Positions 1 to 8,883 of a DNA stretch of 64,000 nt are shown piece after piece (the first letter of the stretch is position 1; the number at the start of each line of letters is the position of its first letter). The notes under the pieces were generated by a model. It had not been told where the DNA came from. It ran no database searches and saw nothing but the letters and a program-made list of their open reading frames with translations. This stretch comes from Thermoplasmata archaeon (GTDB lineage: Archaea > Thermoplasmatota > Thermoplasmata > Lutacidiplasmatales > UBA184). The stretch spans positions 34,043 through 98,042 of the forward strand of contig DASPOD010000041.1 in the NCBI GenBank assembly GCA_035626215.1. Direction: 5' to 3'. The position numbers and the translations under genes are program-made.

Positions 1-274
1 GGCGGCCAAGGCGCTCGACGTGGCGCTTCCCGGCGACCGTGAGGTTGGGGTGATCGCGACGAAGGGCCTCGACGGCTCTACGGTGCCGTGGACGGGAGCG
101 GGGATGGGCGAGCGCGTCGGACAAGATGTCCGTCACCCCTTCTCGGGCGGACGCTACCACGACGACTGGGGTTGCTTCCTTCCGGACGGTACGCACGTCG
201 GCGAGGACCTGGGCTGGGTCGGCGAGCGATGCTCCGCCAAACTTGAGCACGACCGGCGCGCGGGTCGGGTTCAC
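1..274 (-). CDS. lysC: aspartate kinase, N-terminal part (runs off window start)
   Basis: Minus-strand translation VNPTRAPVVLKFGGASLADPAQVLADV...PVVVVASAREGVTD fits the amino-acid-kinase N-terminus. GTG at 274 overlaps the asd stop (GTGA). Confidence 0.6.
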   Translation of the reverse strand, partial: MNPTRAPVVLKFGGASLADPAQVLADVRTVRKEATPVVVVASAREGVTDILSDALAHPRSRPRHRRAVEALRRDHPNLTVAGKRHVERLGR

Positions 275-1353
275 CGCCGGCTCCCCCCGTCCAAACCCAG
301 GAGGCCGCGGGCGAACGCCAACTCCGCGTTCAACACCGACGCTCCCGCTCCTCCCCGGACCGCGTTGTGGGAGAGGACAAAGAAGCGAAGGAACGGAGGG
401 GTCCAGCGAATCCGCCCTACGACCGCCGCCATGCCTCGGGCCCGGGCCGGGTGCCCGGACCACCGGTCCCTCAGCGGTTGGGGTCGGTCAACCTCGCGGC
501 GCAGCTCGATCGGTGGGCAGGGGGCAGTCGGCAGGGCGAGCCGGTGCAAAGGGTCGAACGACCTCCACGCCTCTTCGAGCTGGGTGAGACTCGGTCGGCG
601 CGTCGCCTCGATCGTGACGGCTTCGAGGTGCCCTTCTCGAGTCGCGACCCGGACGCAGTGGGCCAGGAACGGCACTGGTGAGGGAACGATCATGCGGTCC
701 CTTCGTCGCCCCAGAATGCGCGCGCTCTCCTCGCGGATTTTCTCTTCCTCGTCCCGGATGAACGGCACGACGTTATCCGTGATGGCGAGCGACGGTACCC
801 CGGGATAGCCGGCCCCGGATAGCGACTGGTAGGTGGCGACGTGGACGGCGCGCGGCTTGAGCAATTCCCGCACCGGGGCGACCGCCAGCACCAGCCCCGT
901 CGCGGAGCAGTTCGGGTTCGTCACCAGGACCGAGCGCGCGGTTCCACGCGCCTTCACGAGGCCGAGGTGGTCCGCGTTCACCTCGGGAACCAAGAGCGGC
1001 ACATGGGGGTCCATGCGATGGTCGGCGGCGTTCGAGAACACCGCTACCCCACGTCGTGCGAGTTCCGACTCGATTTGACCGGCGGTGCCCGATGGGAGTG
1101 CCGAGAAGGCCACCCGTACGCCATGGCGCGCGAGCGAACCGGCGCTGGCTTTGGTCAGTTTCGTCTCCGCGAGAGCGGTCGGCGGGGCTTCGGCGAGTTG
1201 CCAGACGTCCGACAGCGTCCGCCCCTCGGATCGTTCGGTCGCGACGAGGGTCGGCGTGGCGAAGACCGGGTGGTCGGTCAGCAACCGCGCGAAGTGCTGA
1301 CCGATGTAACCGCTCGCGCCGAGAATGACCGACGGGATCCGATCGTCGCTCAG
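271..1353 (-). CDS. asd: aspartate-semialdehyde dehydrogenase
   Basis: C-terminal 360 aa of ORF 271..1884. N-terminal Rossmann motif VILGASGYIGQ and an NPNCSATG active-site Cys region. The longer ORF extension overlaps aroC and was rejected. The start codon is uncertain, with no ATG/GTG close to the Rossmann motif; CTG at 1353 was used. Confidence 0.8.
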   Translation of the reverse strand: MSDDRIPSVILGASGYIGQHFARLLTDHPVFATPTLVATERSEGRTLSDVWQLAEAPPTALAETKLTKASAGSLARHGVRVAFSALPSGTAGQIESELARRGVAVFSNAADHRMDPHVPLLVPEVNADHLGLVKARGTARSVLVTNPNCSATGLVLAVAPVRELLKPRAVHVATYQSLSGAGYPGVPSLAITDNVVPFIRDEEEKIREESARILGRRRDRMIVPSPVPFLAHCVRVATREGHLEAVTIEATRRPSLTQLEEAWRSFDPLHRLALPTAPCPPIELRREVDRPQPLRDRWSGHPARARGMAAVVGRIRWTPPFLRFFVLSHNAVRGGAGASVLNAELAFARGLLGLDGGSRR

Positions 1354-2438
1354 GGGAGGAACCCCCCTCGGAGACCTAGGTCCGTGAGCGCGATCGCGGT
1401 GACGGCTTCGAGAACGACCACCGCGCGCGGGACGATGCACGGGTCGTGTCGTCCGGTGACGGCGAGCGTGGCCGGGGTCCCGTCGGCCAGGTTCACCGTG
1501 CGCTGAGGCCGAGCGATCGAGGAGGTCGGCTTGACAGCCACGCGAAGGACGAGCGGCATCCCGGTCGCCAGCCCGCCAAGAATGCCCCCCGCGTGATTGC
1601 TTTCGGTGCGCACTCGGCCGTCGACCCACACGAACGGGTCGTTGTGCTCGCTGCCCCTCATGCGCGCCGCTTGGAACCCCGCGCCGAACTCGACCGCCTT
1701 CACGGCCGGGACCGAGAAAGCCAGATGCGCCACGGAGCTCTCGATCGAGTCGAAGAACGGCTCGCCGAGACCGACGGGAAGCCCGGTCGCCCGCACCTCG
1801 ATGATACCCCCCAGGCTGTCGCCGTCGCGACGGGCCGCCGCTATCGCCTCCTCCATGCGAGCCGCGGCGTCGAGGTCCGGGCACCCGACTTCGTTGTGGC
1901 GCGCCCGTTCGCGAATCGCCACGAGGTCCTCGTCCTGCGGCACGGCCGCGTCGATCGGGCCGATCGTGCGCGTGAACGCGACCACTTCGACCCCCTTCGT
2001 CCCGAGAAGCGATTTAGCGATTGCTCCGGCGATCACGAGACCGACCGTCATCCGGCCGGAAAAGATTCCGCCCCCCGACAGATCCGCGTCGGGACCGTAG
2101 CGAACCCGCGCGGGATAATCGGCGTGACCCGGTCGCGGGGTATCCCGCATGCGGTCGTAGGGGGCTCGTCGCACGTCCTCGTTCGCGACGTGCGCCCGGA
2201 ACGTCGAACCATCCGCGCGACCATCGTGAAGACCGGCGTCTACGATCAGCTGGTCGTCTTCCTGCCGGCGGGTCGCGAGCCTCCGTCCCACGGGCCGGCG
2301 CCGGTCGAGGTCGCCCTGGACCGAGGCGAGGTCCACCTTCGTGCCGGCAGGGATCCCGTCCACTTCCACCCCGACTTCGGGCCCGTGGCTCGAGCCGAAG
2401 AGAGTCACCCGAAACCGCTCGCCGAATCGCATTACCAT
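1350..2438 (-). CDS. aroC: chorismate synthase
   Basis: MVMRFGERFRVTLFGSSHGPEVGVEVDGIPAG and downstream motifs are typical of AroC. 4-nt overlap with asd. Confidence 0.9.
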   Translation of the reverse strand: MVMRFGERFRVTLFGSSHGPEVGVEVDGIPAGTKVDLASVQGDLDRRRPVGRRLATRRQEDDQLIVDAGLHDGRADGSTFRAHVANEDVRRAPYDRMRDTPRPGHADYPARVRYGPDADLSGGGIFSGRMTVGLVIAGAIAKSLLGTKGVEVVAFTRTIGPIDAAVPQDEDLVAIRERARHNEVGCPDLDAAARMEEAIAAARRDGDSLGGIIEVRATGLPVGLGEPFFDSIESSVAHLAFSVPAVKAVEFGAGFQAARMRGSEHNDPFVWVDGRVRTESNHAGGILGGLATGMPLVLRVAVKPTSSIARPQRTVNLADGTPATLAVTGRHDPCIVPRAVVVLEAVTAIALTDLGLRGGFLP

Positions 2439-3703
2439 CGTTGCCTCCCCCGGGAAAGCTCCGTCAGCGCGTCCCAGAATCCGGGGTAGGACTTTCGCAC
2501 GGACTCCGCCCGGCCGACGTGCGACGGAAGCCCGGCCGCGAGCGCGCCGACCGCGGCGCTCATCACCATTCGGTGGTCGGTCTCGTGGGTCAACGAGATC
2601 GCCCGGGGCGACGCCGTGCCGTCGATCACCAGCCCGGCGCGCGAGCTCCGGACACGAGCCCCGAGCTGGCGGGCCAGCCGGACGGTGCCGGCGCGCCGGT
2701 CGGACTCTTTCGCGACAACATGGCTTGCGCCGAGCACGTTGCTCCTTCCGGGAACCGTGGCGGCCAGCACGCCGGCGAGAGGGTAAAGGTCGGGAGCGTC
2801 CGTGAGGTCAATGCGGAACGGCCGACGATTCCCCCCCGTCACGGTCGCGCCGTCCGGGTGAGGGCGCACCGCGGCCCCGGTCTTCTCGATGAGGTCCAGA
2901 ACCCGTAGGTCGGCCTGAGGCCACGTGCGCGGAACGCCCCGCACCCGTACCGTCCCGCCACCCAGGGTCGCCGCGGCCCAAAGATATGCCGCGGATGACG
3001 CGTCGCCGGGAACCCGGAACCGCGAGCCGCGGAACTCCTGCCGTCCGGGAATCCGGAACCTGAGGCCCTTTCGTTCGATCGCAATTCCGTGGAAGGCCAG
3101 TAGTGCGACGGTCGCATCGAGATAAGGCTCCGAGACCACGGGTCCCTGAAGCTCTAACGTCGAGTCGTCGTCGAGCGTGGGGAGGACGAGGAGCAGCGCG
3201 GAAGCGAACTGCGAACTTTGCGAAGCTACGAGCGAGACCGTCCCCCCGTGGATCGGGCCCCGGACCTCGATCGGAAGCCCACCCGGGCGGATGTGACGGC
3301 ACCGTGCCCCGAGGTCGGTCAGGGCGCGGAGCAGCTCGTCGATCGGGCGCTGCGCTAGACGAGGTGAGCCGGTGAGGATTACCGGTTGGTCCTCGAGCGC
3401 GGATACGGCCGTCAGGAAGCGGAAGGTGGTGCCCGACTCCCGGCAGTCGAGCCGCGCTGGCCCGCGGCGACGGCTGGACATGGGCCGAAGTCGCCACGCG
3501 TCGGTGCTCCGGACAATGCTCGAGCCCAGGCGGGCGAGCGCGGTCGCGGTGGTGCGAGTATCTTCGGCGGGGAGCGGGTGGTCGACGGTGAACGGTCGAC
3601 CGGCGAGATGAGCCACCACGAGAGCTCGATGGGTGTAGCTCTTGGAAGGCGGTGCCCGCAATGTTCCGAGAACCGGGCCCGGCCGGATGCGCACGACCGT
3701 CAT
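2432..3703 (-). CDS. aroA: 3-phosphoshikimate 1-carboxyvinyltransferase (EPSP synthase)
   Basis: PPSKSYTHRALVVAHLA motif and 423 aa length. Overlaps aroC by 7 nt. Confidence 0.9.
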   Translation of the reverse strand: MTVVRIRPGPVLGTLRAPPSKSYTHRALVVAHLAGRPFTVDHPLPAEDTRTTATALARLGSSIVRSTDAWRLRPMSSRRRGPARLDCRESGTTFRFLTAVSALEDQPVILTGSPRLAQRPIDELLRALTDLGARCRHIRPGGLPIEVRGPIHGGTVSLVASQSSQFASALLLVLPTLDDDSTLELQGPVVSEPYLDATVALLAFHGIAIERKGLRFRIPGRQEFRGSRFRVPGDASSAAYLWAAATLGGGTVRVRGVPRTWPQADLRVLDLIEKTGAAVRPHPDGATVTGGNRRPFRIDLTDAPDLYPLAGVLAATVPGRSNVLGASHVVAKESDRRAGTVRLARQLGARVRSSRAGLVIDGTASPRAISLTHETDHRMVMSAAVGALAAGLPSHVGRAESVRKSYPGFWDALTELSRGRQRW

Positions 3704-4575
3704 CGCGGCCGTCCTCCGTTCGAGGAATTCCGACAGAATGGGACCAACCGTTTCTCGGCCCGGTCCTTCGGCAGCAGCTCAGCCAGATCCGGGAGGCGAG
3801 CCGTCGGAGCAATCACCGCGAGCGTTGGCCCTAGACCGCTCACCCCACTGGCGATCGCGCCGCGCCGCACGAGTCGCTCTCGGAGCGACCGGTAGGAGTA
3901 GTTCATGGTCCGCTCGACGAGCTCGGTGTTGATCCGCATCGCGGTTGCCCAGTCCCCGTCGAGCGCCGCTCGACCGGCCCGCTCGCCCGCGTCGCGCTCG
4001 CGAGAGAACGCTTGGACCAGTCCGGGCGAGGGTGGGTGCGGATCCGGTGGGATGTAGAGGAGCACCCCCCACGCGGGGTCGATGTCCGAGCGACGCAGGA
4101 CCGAATCCCGCCCATTGTCGGTCACGACGAATCCTGGTTCAAGGCCGGCGAGCGCATCGTCGAACGCCCCGGTCGCGCTGAGGCCCGTGCGCCGCCCGAC
4201 GTCGGCGGCGTGGCGGCCAACTTCTAGGGGACCGGGTTCTCGGCCCGCCGCTCGGGCGACCGCCAAGATGAAGGCCGTGCTCACCGCGCTCGAGCTCTTG
4301 AGACCTCGGGCGGTGGGAATCTCCGACTGAAGCGACACCGAGGCGACGACGCCGGTCCCCGGGTAGTAGTGTGCCAATCCGGCCCGTACCGACTCGTCGA
4401 CGACCGGGCTTCGGCTCATTGGTGACCCCCTCAACTTGGGTGGGTCGCTCGACCCGTCGGACGTGATGGAGACCTCGGCGTCCACCGGGAGCGCGATGCC
4501 CGCCGCACAGCCGACCCCCGCCGGGAGCGCATTCGTGATGGTGATGGCCCCGAAGGTCCGGGCCGACCCTCTCAT
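3700..4575 (-). CDS. archaeal-type (GHMP superfamily) shikimate kinase
   Basis: Start trimmed to MRGSARTFGAITITNALPAGVGCAAGIAL, which resembles archaeal GHMP shikimate kinases. ATGA overlap with the upstream aroD/E stop, and a 4-nt overlap with aroA. Confidence 0.75.
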   Translation of the reverse strand: MRGSARTFGAITITNALPAGVGCAAGIALPVDAEVSITSDGSSDPPKLRGSPMSRSPVVDESVRAGLAHYYPGTGVVASVSLQSEIPTARGLKSSSAVSTAFILAVARAAGREPGPLEVGRHAADVGRRTGLSATGAFDDALAGLEPGFVVTDNGRDSVLRRSDIDPAWGVLLYIPPDPHPPSPGLVQAFSRERDAGERAGRAALDGDWATAMRINTELVERTMNYSYRSLRERLVRRGAIASGVSGLGPTLAVIAPTARLPDLAELLPKDRAEKRLVPFCRNSSNGGRPR

Positions 4576-6071
4576 CGGAAGCTCTCCAGCGTGGCCGCGA
4601 TACGCTCGGCGGAAGGTTCGGCTCCCCACCAGAGACCATAGCTGGCCGCCGCTTGATAGGCGAGGAGGCGCGTACCGTCCTCGTACGTTGCGTGCGTCCG
4701 TTCGGCCGTCCGCCGAACGACGGGGTCATCGGGAGCGTAGACCCAGTCTACGACGTGAACCCCGGCCCGGATCCAATCGAGGTCCGGAAGGCGCGCGCCC
4801 GTCCCGGCGACTCGTCCGACCGTGGTCGCGTGCACCACGAGCGTGGGGCGCGCGGAGCCCGCGCTCTCCACGCCGTGCGCACCGAACTCGCGTTCCAGCA
4901 CCTCCCGCGCCTCGCGGCGACGAGCCCAGACAAACGCGGTGGTCCCGAGGGATCGCGCGGCGGCGAGCGTGGCCCGGGCGGCGCCCCCGGCTCCCACCAC
5001 CCCGATCGACGTACCATCCCAAGCCTCGGAGGCTCGAAGTTCTTCGAGCCGACGCATGATCGCGACGAGGTCGGTGTTCTCGGCCGAAGCTCCGTCCGGC
5101 CCGAAGGTGAGGACGTTCGCCACGCCGCACGCGTTCGCCCCCGGGCCGACCTCGTCGGCGAGTTCGGCGGCCACGGTCTTGAACGGGTGCGTCACGCTCA
5201 ATCCGCGCAGGCCGCCCTCGAGGAGCGCGGGAATCGAATCGGTGAACTCCCGATCGTCCGCGAAATCGAGGGCCACGTAAAGACCCGGGCGACGGTCGTC
5301 GCGCATCCAGCGGGTGAATATGGAAGGACTGCGGGAGTGGGCGACCGGATGTCCCACGACCGCGAATATCGGCGGCGTCCCTTCCGCGTCCAGGAATGGC
5401 CGGAGGCGGTCGACCGGAATCTGGCTCGGCTCAACCGGAGCCGGTGAGGAACCTTCCGAAGTCTCGGGTAGTGCCGCATACACGAACGGGAAACCCAGTC
5501 GCTTCGACCAGGCCCGGAGCAGCGGTCCGGAGGGCCCCGTCGTGTGCGCGACGAACGGTCGCTCCCCCGGCGGCGGGAGGGCGGGAAGAATCTCATGGAG
5601 CAGCCGACCGACCGTGGCCGCCCCGACGACCTTGACGATGGCGCCCGAAGGGGCCGGTTCACGCACCAGATGGCCCCAGACCGACCCCGCGGCGTCGCTT
5701 GGAAGGTGGGTCGAAACGATCAGCTCCTGGAGTCCGGGGCGGACCAGCGTTTCGGCCCAAGGAAAGTCTCGGGAGCGCTCGACATCGAGATATCGGAAGG
5801 GAAGCGGGGCCGCGAACTGCAGCAGGCGCATCCGGCCGGTCGGGTCGTCGGGACCTTCGCCGCCCTCGGCGCGCGAGCGAAGAGTGGCGACGAGGGGCAG
5901 GGGGCTCGGGAAGAGTTCCGCCAACCGATCCACCTCTCCCGCCGCCCACCGGTCGATGCGGACCTCGGCGACCTCCGCGCCCGCGGCCCCTGCTCGAACG
6001 ATCTCCCGCCGGGCGTCCGCCACGGTGCGTGCCGGCAACGACACCACGATCGACGGTCGGCCGGGGCTCAT
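4572..6071 (-). CDS. aroDE: fused type I 3-dehydroquinate dehydratase / shikimate 5-dehydrogenase
   Basis: One uninterrupted frame. The N-terminal half is DHQase-I-like (IVVSLPART..., AIVKVV, TTGPSGPLLR). The C-terminal half is AroE-like (FAVVGHPVAHSRSPSIF, VVGAGGAARA). Start is an ATG overlapping the DHQS-II stop. The track ORF extension to 6818 was rejected. Confidence 0.85.
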   Translation of the reverse strand: MSPGRPSIVVSLPARTVADARREIVRAGAAGAEVAEVRIDRWAAGEVDRLAELFPSPLPLVATLRSRAEGGEGPDDPTGRMRLLQFAAPLPFRYLDVERSRDFPWAETLVRPGLQELIVSTHLPSDAAGSVWGHLVREPAPSGAIVKVVGAATVGRLLHEILPALPPPGERPFVAHTTGPSGPLLRAWSKRLGFPFVYAALPETSEGSSPAPVEPSQIPVDRLRPFLDAEGTPPIFAVVGHPVAHSRSPSIFTRWMRDDRRPGLYVALDFADDREFTDSIPALLEGGLRGLSVTHPFKTVAAELADEVGPGANACGVANVLTFGPDGASAENTDLVAIMRRLEELRASEAWDGTSIGVVGAGGAARATLAAARSLGTTAFVWARRREAREVLEREFGAHGVESAGSARPTLVVHATTVGRVAGTGARLPDLDWIRAGVHVVDWVYAPDDPVVRRTAERTHATYEDGTRLLAYQAAASYGLWWGAEPSAERIAATLESFR

Positions 6072-7099
6072 CGTTCTTGGATCTTCTCCTCGACTTCCCG
6101 TCCCATGTGGCGGGCCGACGCCAATCGCACGCCGTGGACCCGAACACCGGGGGTGAGCTCCGTCGTCGCCACGCGCCCGGATTCGGAGGATAGACGGACC
6201 GACTCGGCTTCCTGGAGAAAGACCGTACGGCTCGATTCGCCCTCGCGCACGGTCACCACGACCAGGGGGCGACGTTCGACCTTCAGGCGCCCTACACGGA
6301 GGGAGCGGACCGACCCGGCCGGGCATGACCCCAACACCGCGTCGCCGGGTTCGAGTTCCGCGAGGTAGCGCGTCGAACCATCGGCCATCAGCACGTAGGA
6401 GTGAGCCGCTCCGGCATTCACGCGGAACGGGCGGGGTCGGCTGAACTGGGAACCGACCGCCTCGCTCGCCACGTGGAGCAGGAACCCCGCGGCGCTGCCG
6501 ACCAGGAGGCCCTCTTCCGGCGCCAGGATCGACGTCGTATCGACGATCACCCGGTCGCCGATTCCCACCGGGCGGACGGAGACCACCGGCACCAGTGACC
6601 AGTCGAGAGCGGTGGGGAGCGGACCCTCGAGCAGCGCCTCCAGCTCGTCCACCTCGGCGGGCGAACGGATTGCTACGATCACCCGGTGTGCGCCGTGTTC
6701 CAGAGCTCCGAGCGACGCCGGGACCTCGGCGGGTTGACGGGCATCGACCCATAGATGGAATCCGCGTCCCGCGACCGAGATTGCGTTCTCGAGAGGGATA
6801 ATGCGGTCCCCGGTCCATTCGACCGCCAGCTGCCCACCCGCCGGCGGGTGTCGTAGCAGTTCGTCCAGGTGATGCGGGTCGCCGACCTTCACGACCGGAA
6901 TGCGAACTGGCGATGGAGCCTCGAGCGCGAGATAGTCCGAGCCTCGCCGCACGACCTCATCGCCCGGTCGCGCCTCGAACGCTTCACCCTCGAGGACGAC
7001 GAACCGCGAGAAGCCTCGCTGACGTGCCCGTTCCACGATGGCCCGGCGTTCCTCCGCCGACTCGGCGGCCGGAGCGATCAGCACCCGCTCGCGCGTCAC
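6068..7099 (-). CDS. 3-dehydroquinate synthase II (archaeal AroB')
   Basis: 343-aa protein in the aro operon with the architecture of the archaeal DHQS-II family. Sits directly downstream of the ADH synthase gene. Confidence 0.8.
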   Translation of the reverse strand: MTRERVLIAPAAESAEERRAIVERARQRGFSRFVVLEGEAFEARPGDEVVRRGSDYLALEAPSPVRIPVVKVGDPHHLDELLRHPPAGGQLAVEWTGDRIIPLENAISVAGRGFHLWVDARQPAEVPASLGALEHGAHRVIVAIRSPAEVDELEALLEGPLPTALDWSLVPVVSVRPVGIGDRVIVDTTSILAPEEGLLVGSAAGFLLHVASEAVGSQFSRPRPFRVNAGAAHSYVLMADGSTRYLAELEPGDAVLGSCPAGSVRSLRVGRLKVERRPLVVVTVREGESSRTVFLQEAESVRLSSESGRVATTELTPGVRVHGVRLASARHMGREVEEKIQER

Positions 7100-7108
7100 G
7101 GCCGAACC

Positions 7109-7861
7109 CTACTCCACTCCGTGGAGGAGACTCGCGACGCGTCGGGCCATCGGGCCCACCGGGGGCCGCTGGAAGAGATTCCGTCCGATGCAGATCCCCG
7201 CGCCACCGGCGCGGACGCTCTCCCGCACGATGGCGAGGAACGCCTCCGGGTCGTCCAGGCGAACACCGCCTCCAATCAACACGGGGGCTGGCGTGGTCCG
7301 GCACAATTTCGCGAACTCCTCGGGGGAGCCGGGGTAGCTCGTCTTGACGATGTCCGCCCCGGTATCGGCCGCGGCCCGGGCGGCGTGACGCAGCTCGTCC
7401 GGGCTCACGGCGCCCGGCTTCTTCACGTAGGCCATGCAGAGGAGCGGCAATCCGAGCTTCCGACATTGGTCGACGGCGACTCCGAGGTCGCGCAGCATGT
7501 CCGGCTCGTCGGGAATCCCGAAGTTCACCTGGACGCTCAGCAGGTCAGCGCCGAGACTGACGGCCTCTTCGGCCGTCCCCACGAGCACTTTGCGATTCGA
7601 CGTCGTTCCGAGGCTGGTGGATGCGGAGACATGGATTCCGAGCTTCGTGGTGGGCGCGAGGATCGGAGCGATCTCCCGGACCGCGCCCTTCGTCACGATC
7701 AGGAGGTCGGCGCCGGCCTCCTGGAGCTCCGCCGCGAGCGGAGCGATCTCTTCGAGCCCGTCGATCGGGCCCATCGACACCGGATGGTCCAGCGGGACGG
7801 AGAAGAGCTTCCGCTGGGGATTCGGGAACAGCCGTTTCAGTCGTATCGTTCTGCCTTCCAT
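7109..7861 (-). CDS. 2-amino-3,7-dideoxy-D-threo-hept-6-ulosonate (ADH) synthase, class I aldolase family (AroA')
   Basis: MEGRTIRLKRLFPNPQRKLFSVPLDHPVSMGP and ADIVKTSYPG (Schiff-base Lys region) of DhnA-type aldolases. Purine-rich SD-like aaggaagga lies just upstream of the ATG at 7861. Confidence 0.8.
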   Translation of the reverse strand: MEGRTIRLKRLFPNPQRKLFSVPLDHPVSMGPIDGLEEIAPLAAELQEAGADLLIVTKGAVREIAPILAPTTKLGIHVSASTSLGTTSNRKVLVGTAEEAVSLGADLLSVQVNFGIPDEPDMLRDLGVAVDQCRKLGLPLLCMAYVKKPGAVSPDELRHAARAAADTGADIVKTSYPGSPEEFAKLCRTTPAPVLIGGGVRLDDPEAFLAIVRESVRAGGAGICIGRNLFQRPPVGPMARRVASLLHGVE

Positions 7862-8055
7862 GGTCCTTCCTTGCTTCCTTGTTGTTCGAGGAAGGCCCGA
7901 GACGACGCGGTCCGAGAACGTGCGCAGCACGTTGGGACGGCGCCCTCCCGGCGCCTTCCCATCACCAGAGCCAAGCCACGGCAACCCCACCGGCCACGCG
8001 ACCGCTCGGCGGGCCACGGAACGAGGCTGCCATCGGTTCGACCACCCACCCGGTC

Positions 8056-8796
8056 CTATTTAGCCTTCGTCGGGGCCGAACCGTCGTTCGCCGCGGTGAG
8101 CACGCCGTCGACGAGGAGGGCGTGCAGCGAGAACCCCCGGAGCATCTGGTCCCACATCTGCTTGCGGACCTCGGGGGTTGACGCGAACGCGGCGACGATC
8201 TGTCCGACCCACTCACTGTGCTCCACATCGGCCGTGACGTGCAGTGAGTAGTACTCGAGGTGTGCTTCGTCCACGCCGTAGTGCTTGCGAAACGCGGGCA
8301 GGAGTCGAGCGCAGAGCTCCACGTTGGGGGGCTCGCTCGACCCGGCGGCGGAGACGTAGAACGTGTTGACTCGATTGGTGTAGAGGAAATCGTCGATCGC
8401 GACCATGGTGCTCGGGAGCAGGGGCGTCGACAGCACCTCGTGGCGCGGGACTCCGAGTCCCTCGCAGAACCGGAGCCAAAGCTCCGGGTGGCCCGGCGCC
8501 TTGCCCTTCGGGTCGCCCGCCTCTTCCACGAGCTGGTCGAGGATCATCCTCCGGTACGGGTCGTTGGTGGTCTCCCACGAGCAGTTCGCAAACCGCTCGG
8601 CCATGGCGATCGGCACCGACGCGAGCCAGGGGTAGAACTGCTTGACCCACGCCCGGACGAGAGGACGGGGAGCGTCCCCGCGCTCGATGCGTTGAAAGAA
8701 CGGATGGGTCTTGAAGGGATGGTTCGCCATCTTGTATTTCGTGAGTTCGTCGCGGAACTTCGCGCCTTCAAAACGGAGCCAGGGCGCCTCGACCAT
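8056..8796 (-). CDS. heme-oxygenase-like di-iron protein (TenA/PqqC/CADD family)
   Basis: HPFFQRIERGD, LVEEAGDP...HPELWLRF and VTADVEHSEW resemble the helical E/H-rich motifs of PqqC/CADD-type iron redox enzymes. Start trimmed to MVEAPW. Confidence 0.6.
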   Translation of the reverse strand: MVEAPWLRFEGAKFRDELTKYKMANHPFKTHPFFQRIERGDAPRPLVRAWVKQFYPWLASVPIAMAERFANCSWETTNDPYRRMILDQLVEEAGDPKGKAPGHPELWLRFCEGLGVPRHEVLSTPLLPSTMVAIDDFLYTNRVNTFYVSAAGSSEPPNVELCARLLPAFRKHYGVDEAHLEYYSLHVTADVEHSEWVGQIVAAFASTPEVRKQMWDQMLRGFSLHALLVDGVLTAANDGSAPTKAK

Positions 8797-8883
8797 CGTC
8801 GCGCCGAGCGGGGAACCGTATTTGGTCGCCGAGGTTCCGTTCTGAACCTCCCGGGTTATCGAGGTTCGCCCGGCTCGGGGAGC

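Noticed and set aside
20-808. 262-aa plus-strand ORF, with nested ORFs 126..587 and 367..681
   Set aside because: It is antisense to asd and aspartate kinase. The composition is Arg/Gly/Pro-rich and low-complexity with no motif. This is a typical shadow ORF of high-GC DNA.
1354-1884. N-terminal extension of track ORF 271..1884
   Set aside because: It overlaps chorismate synthase out of frame. Asd homology starts at the Rossmann motif near 1340.
6072-6818. N-terminal 249-aa extension of track ORF 4572..6818
   Set aside because: It overlaps DHQS-II in another frame and is Arg/Gly/Pro junk. The aroD/E homology begins at the ATG at 6071, which overlaps the DHQS-II stop.
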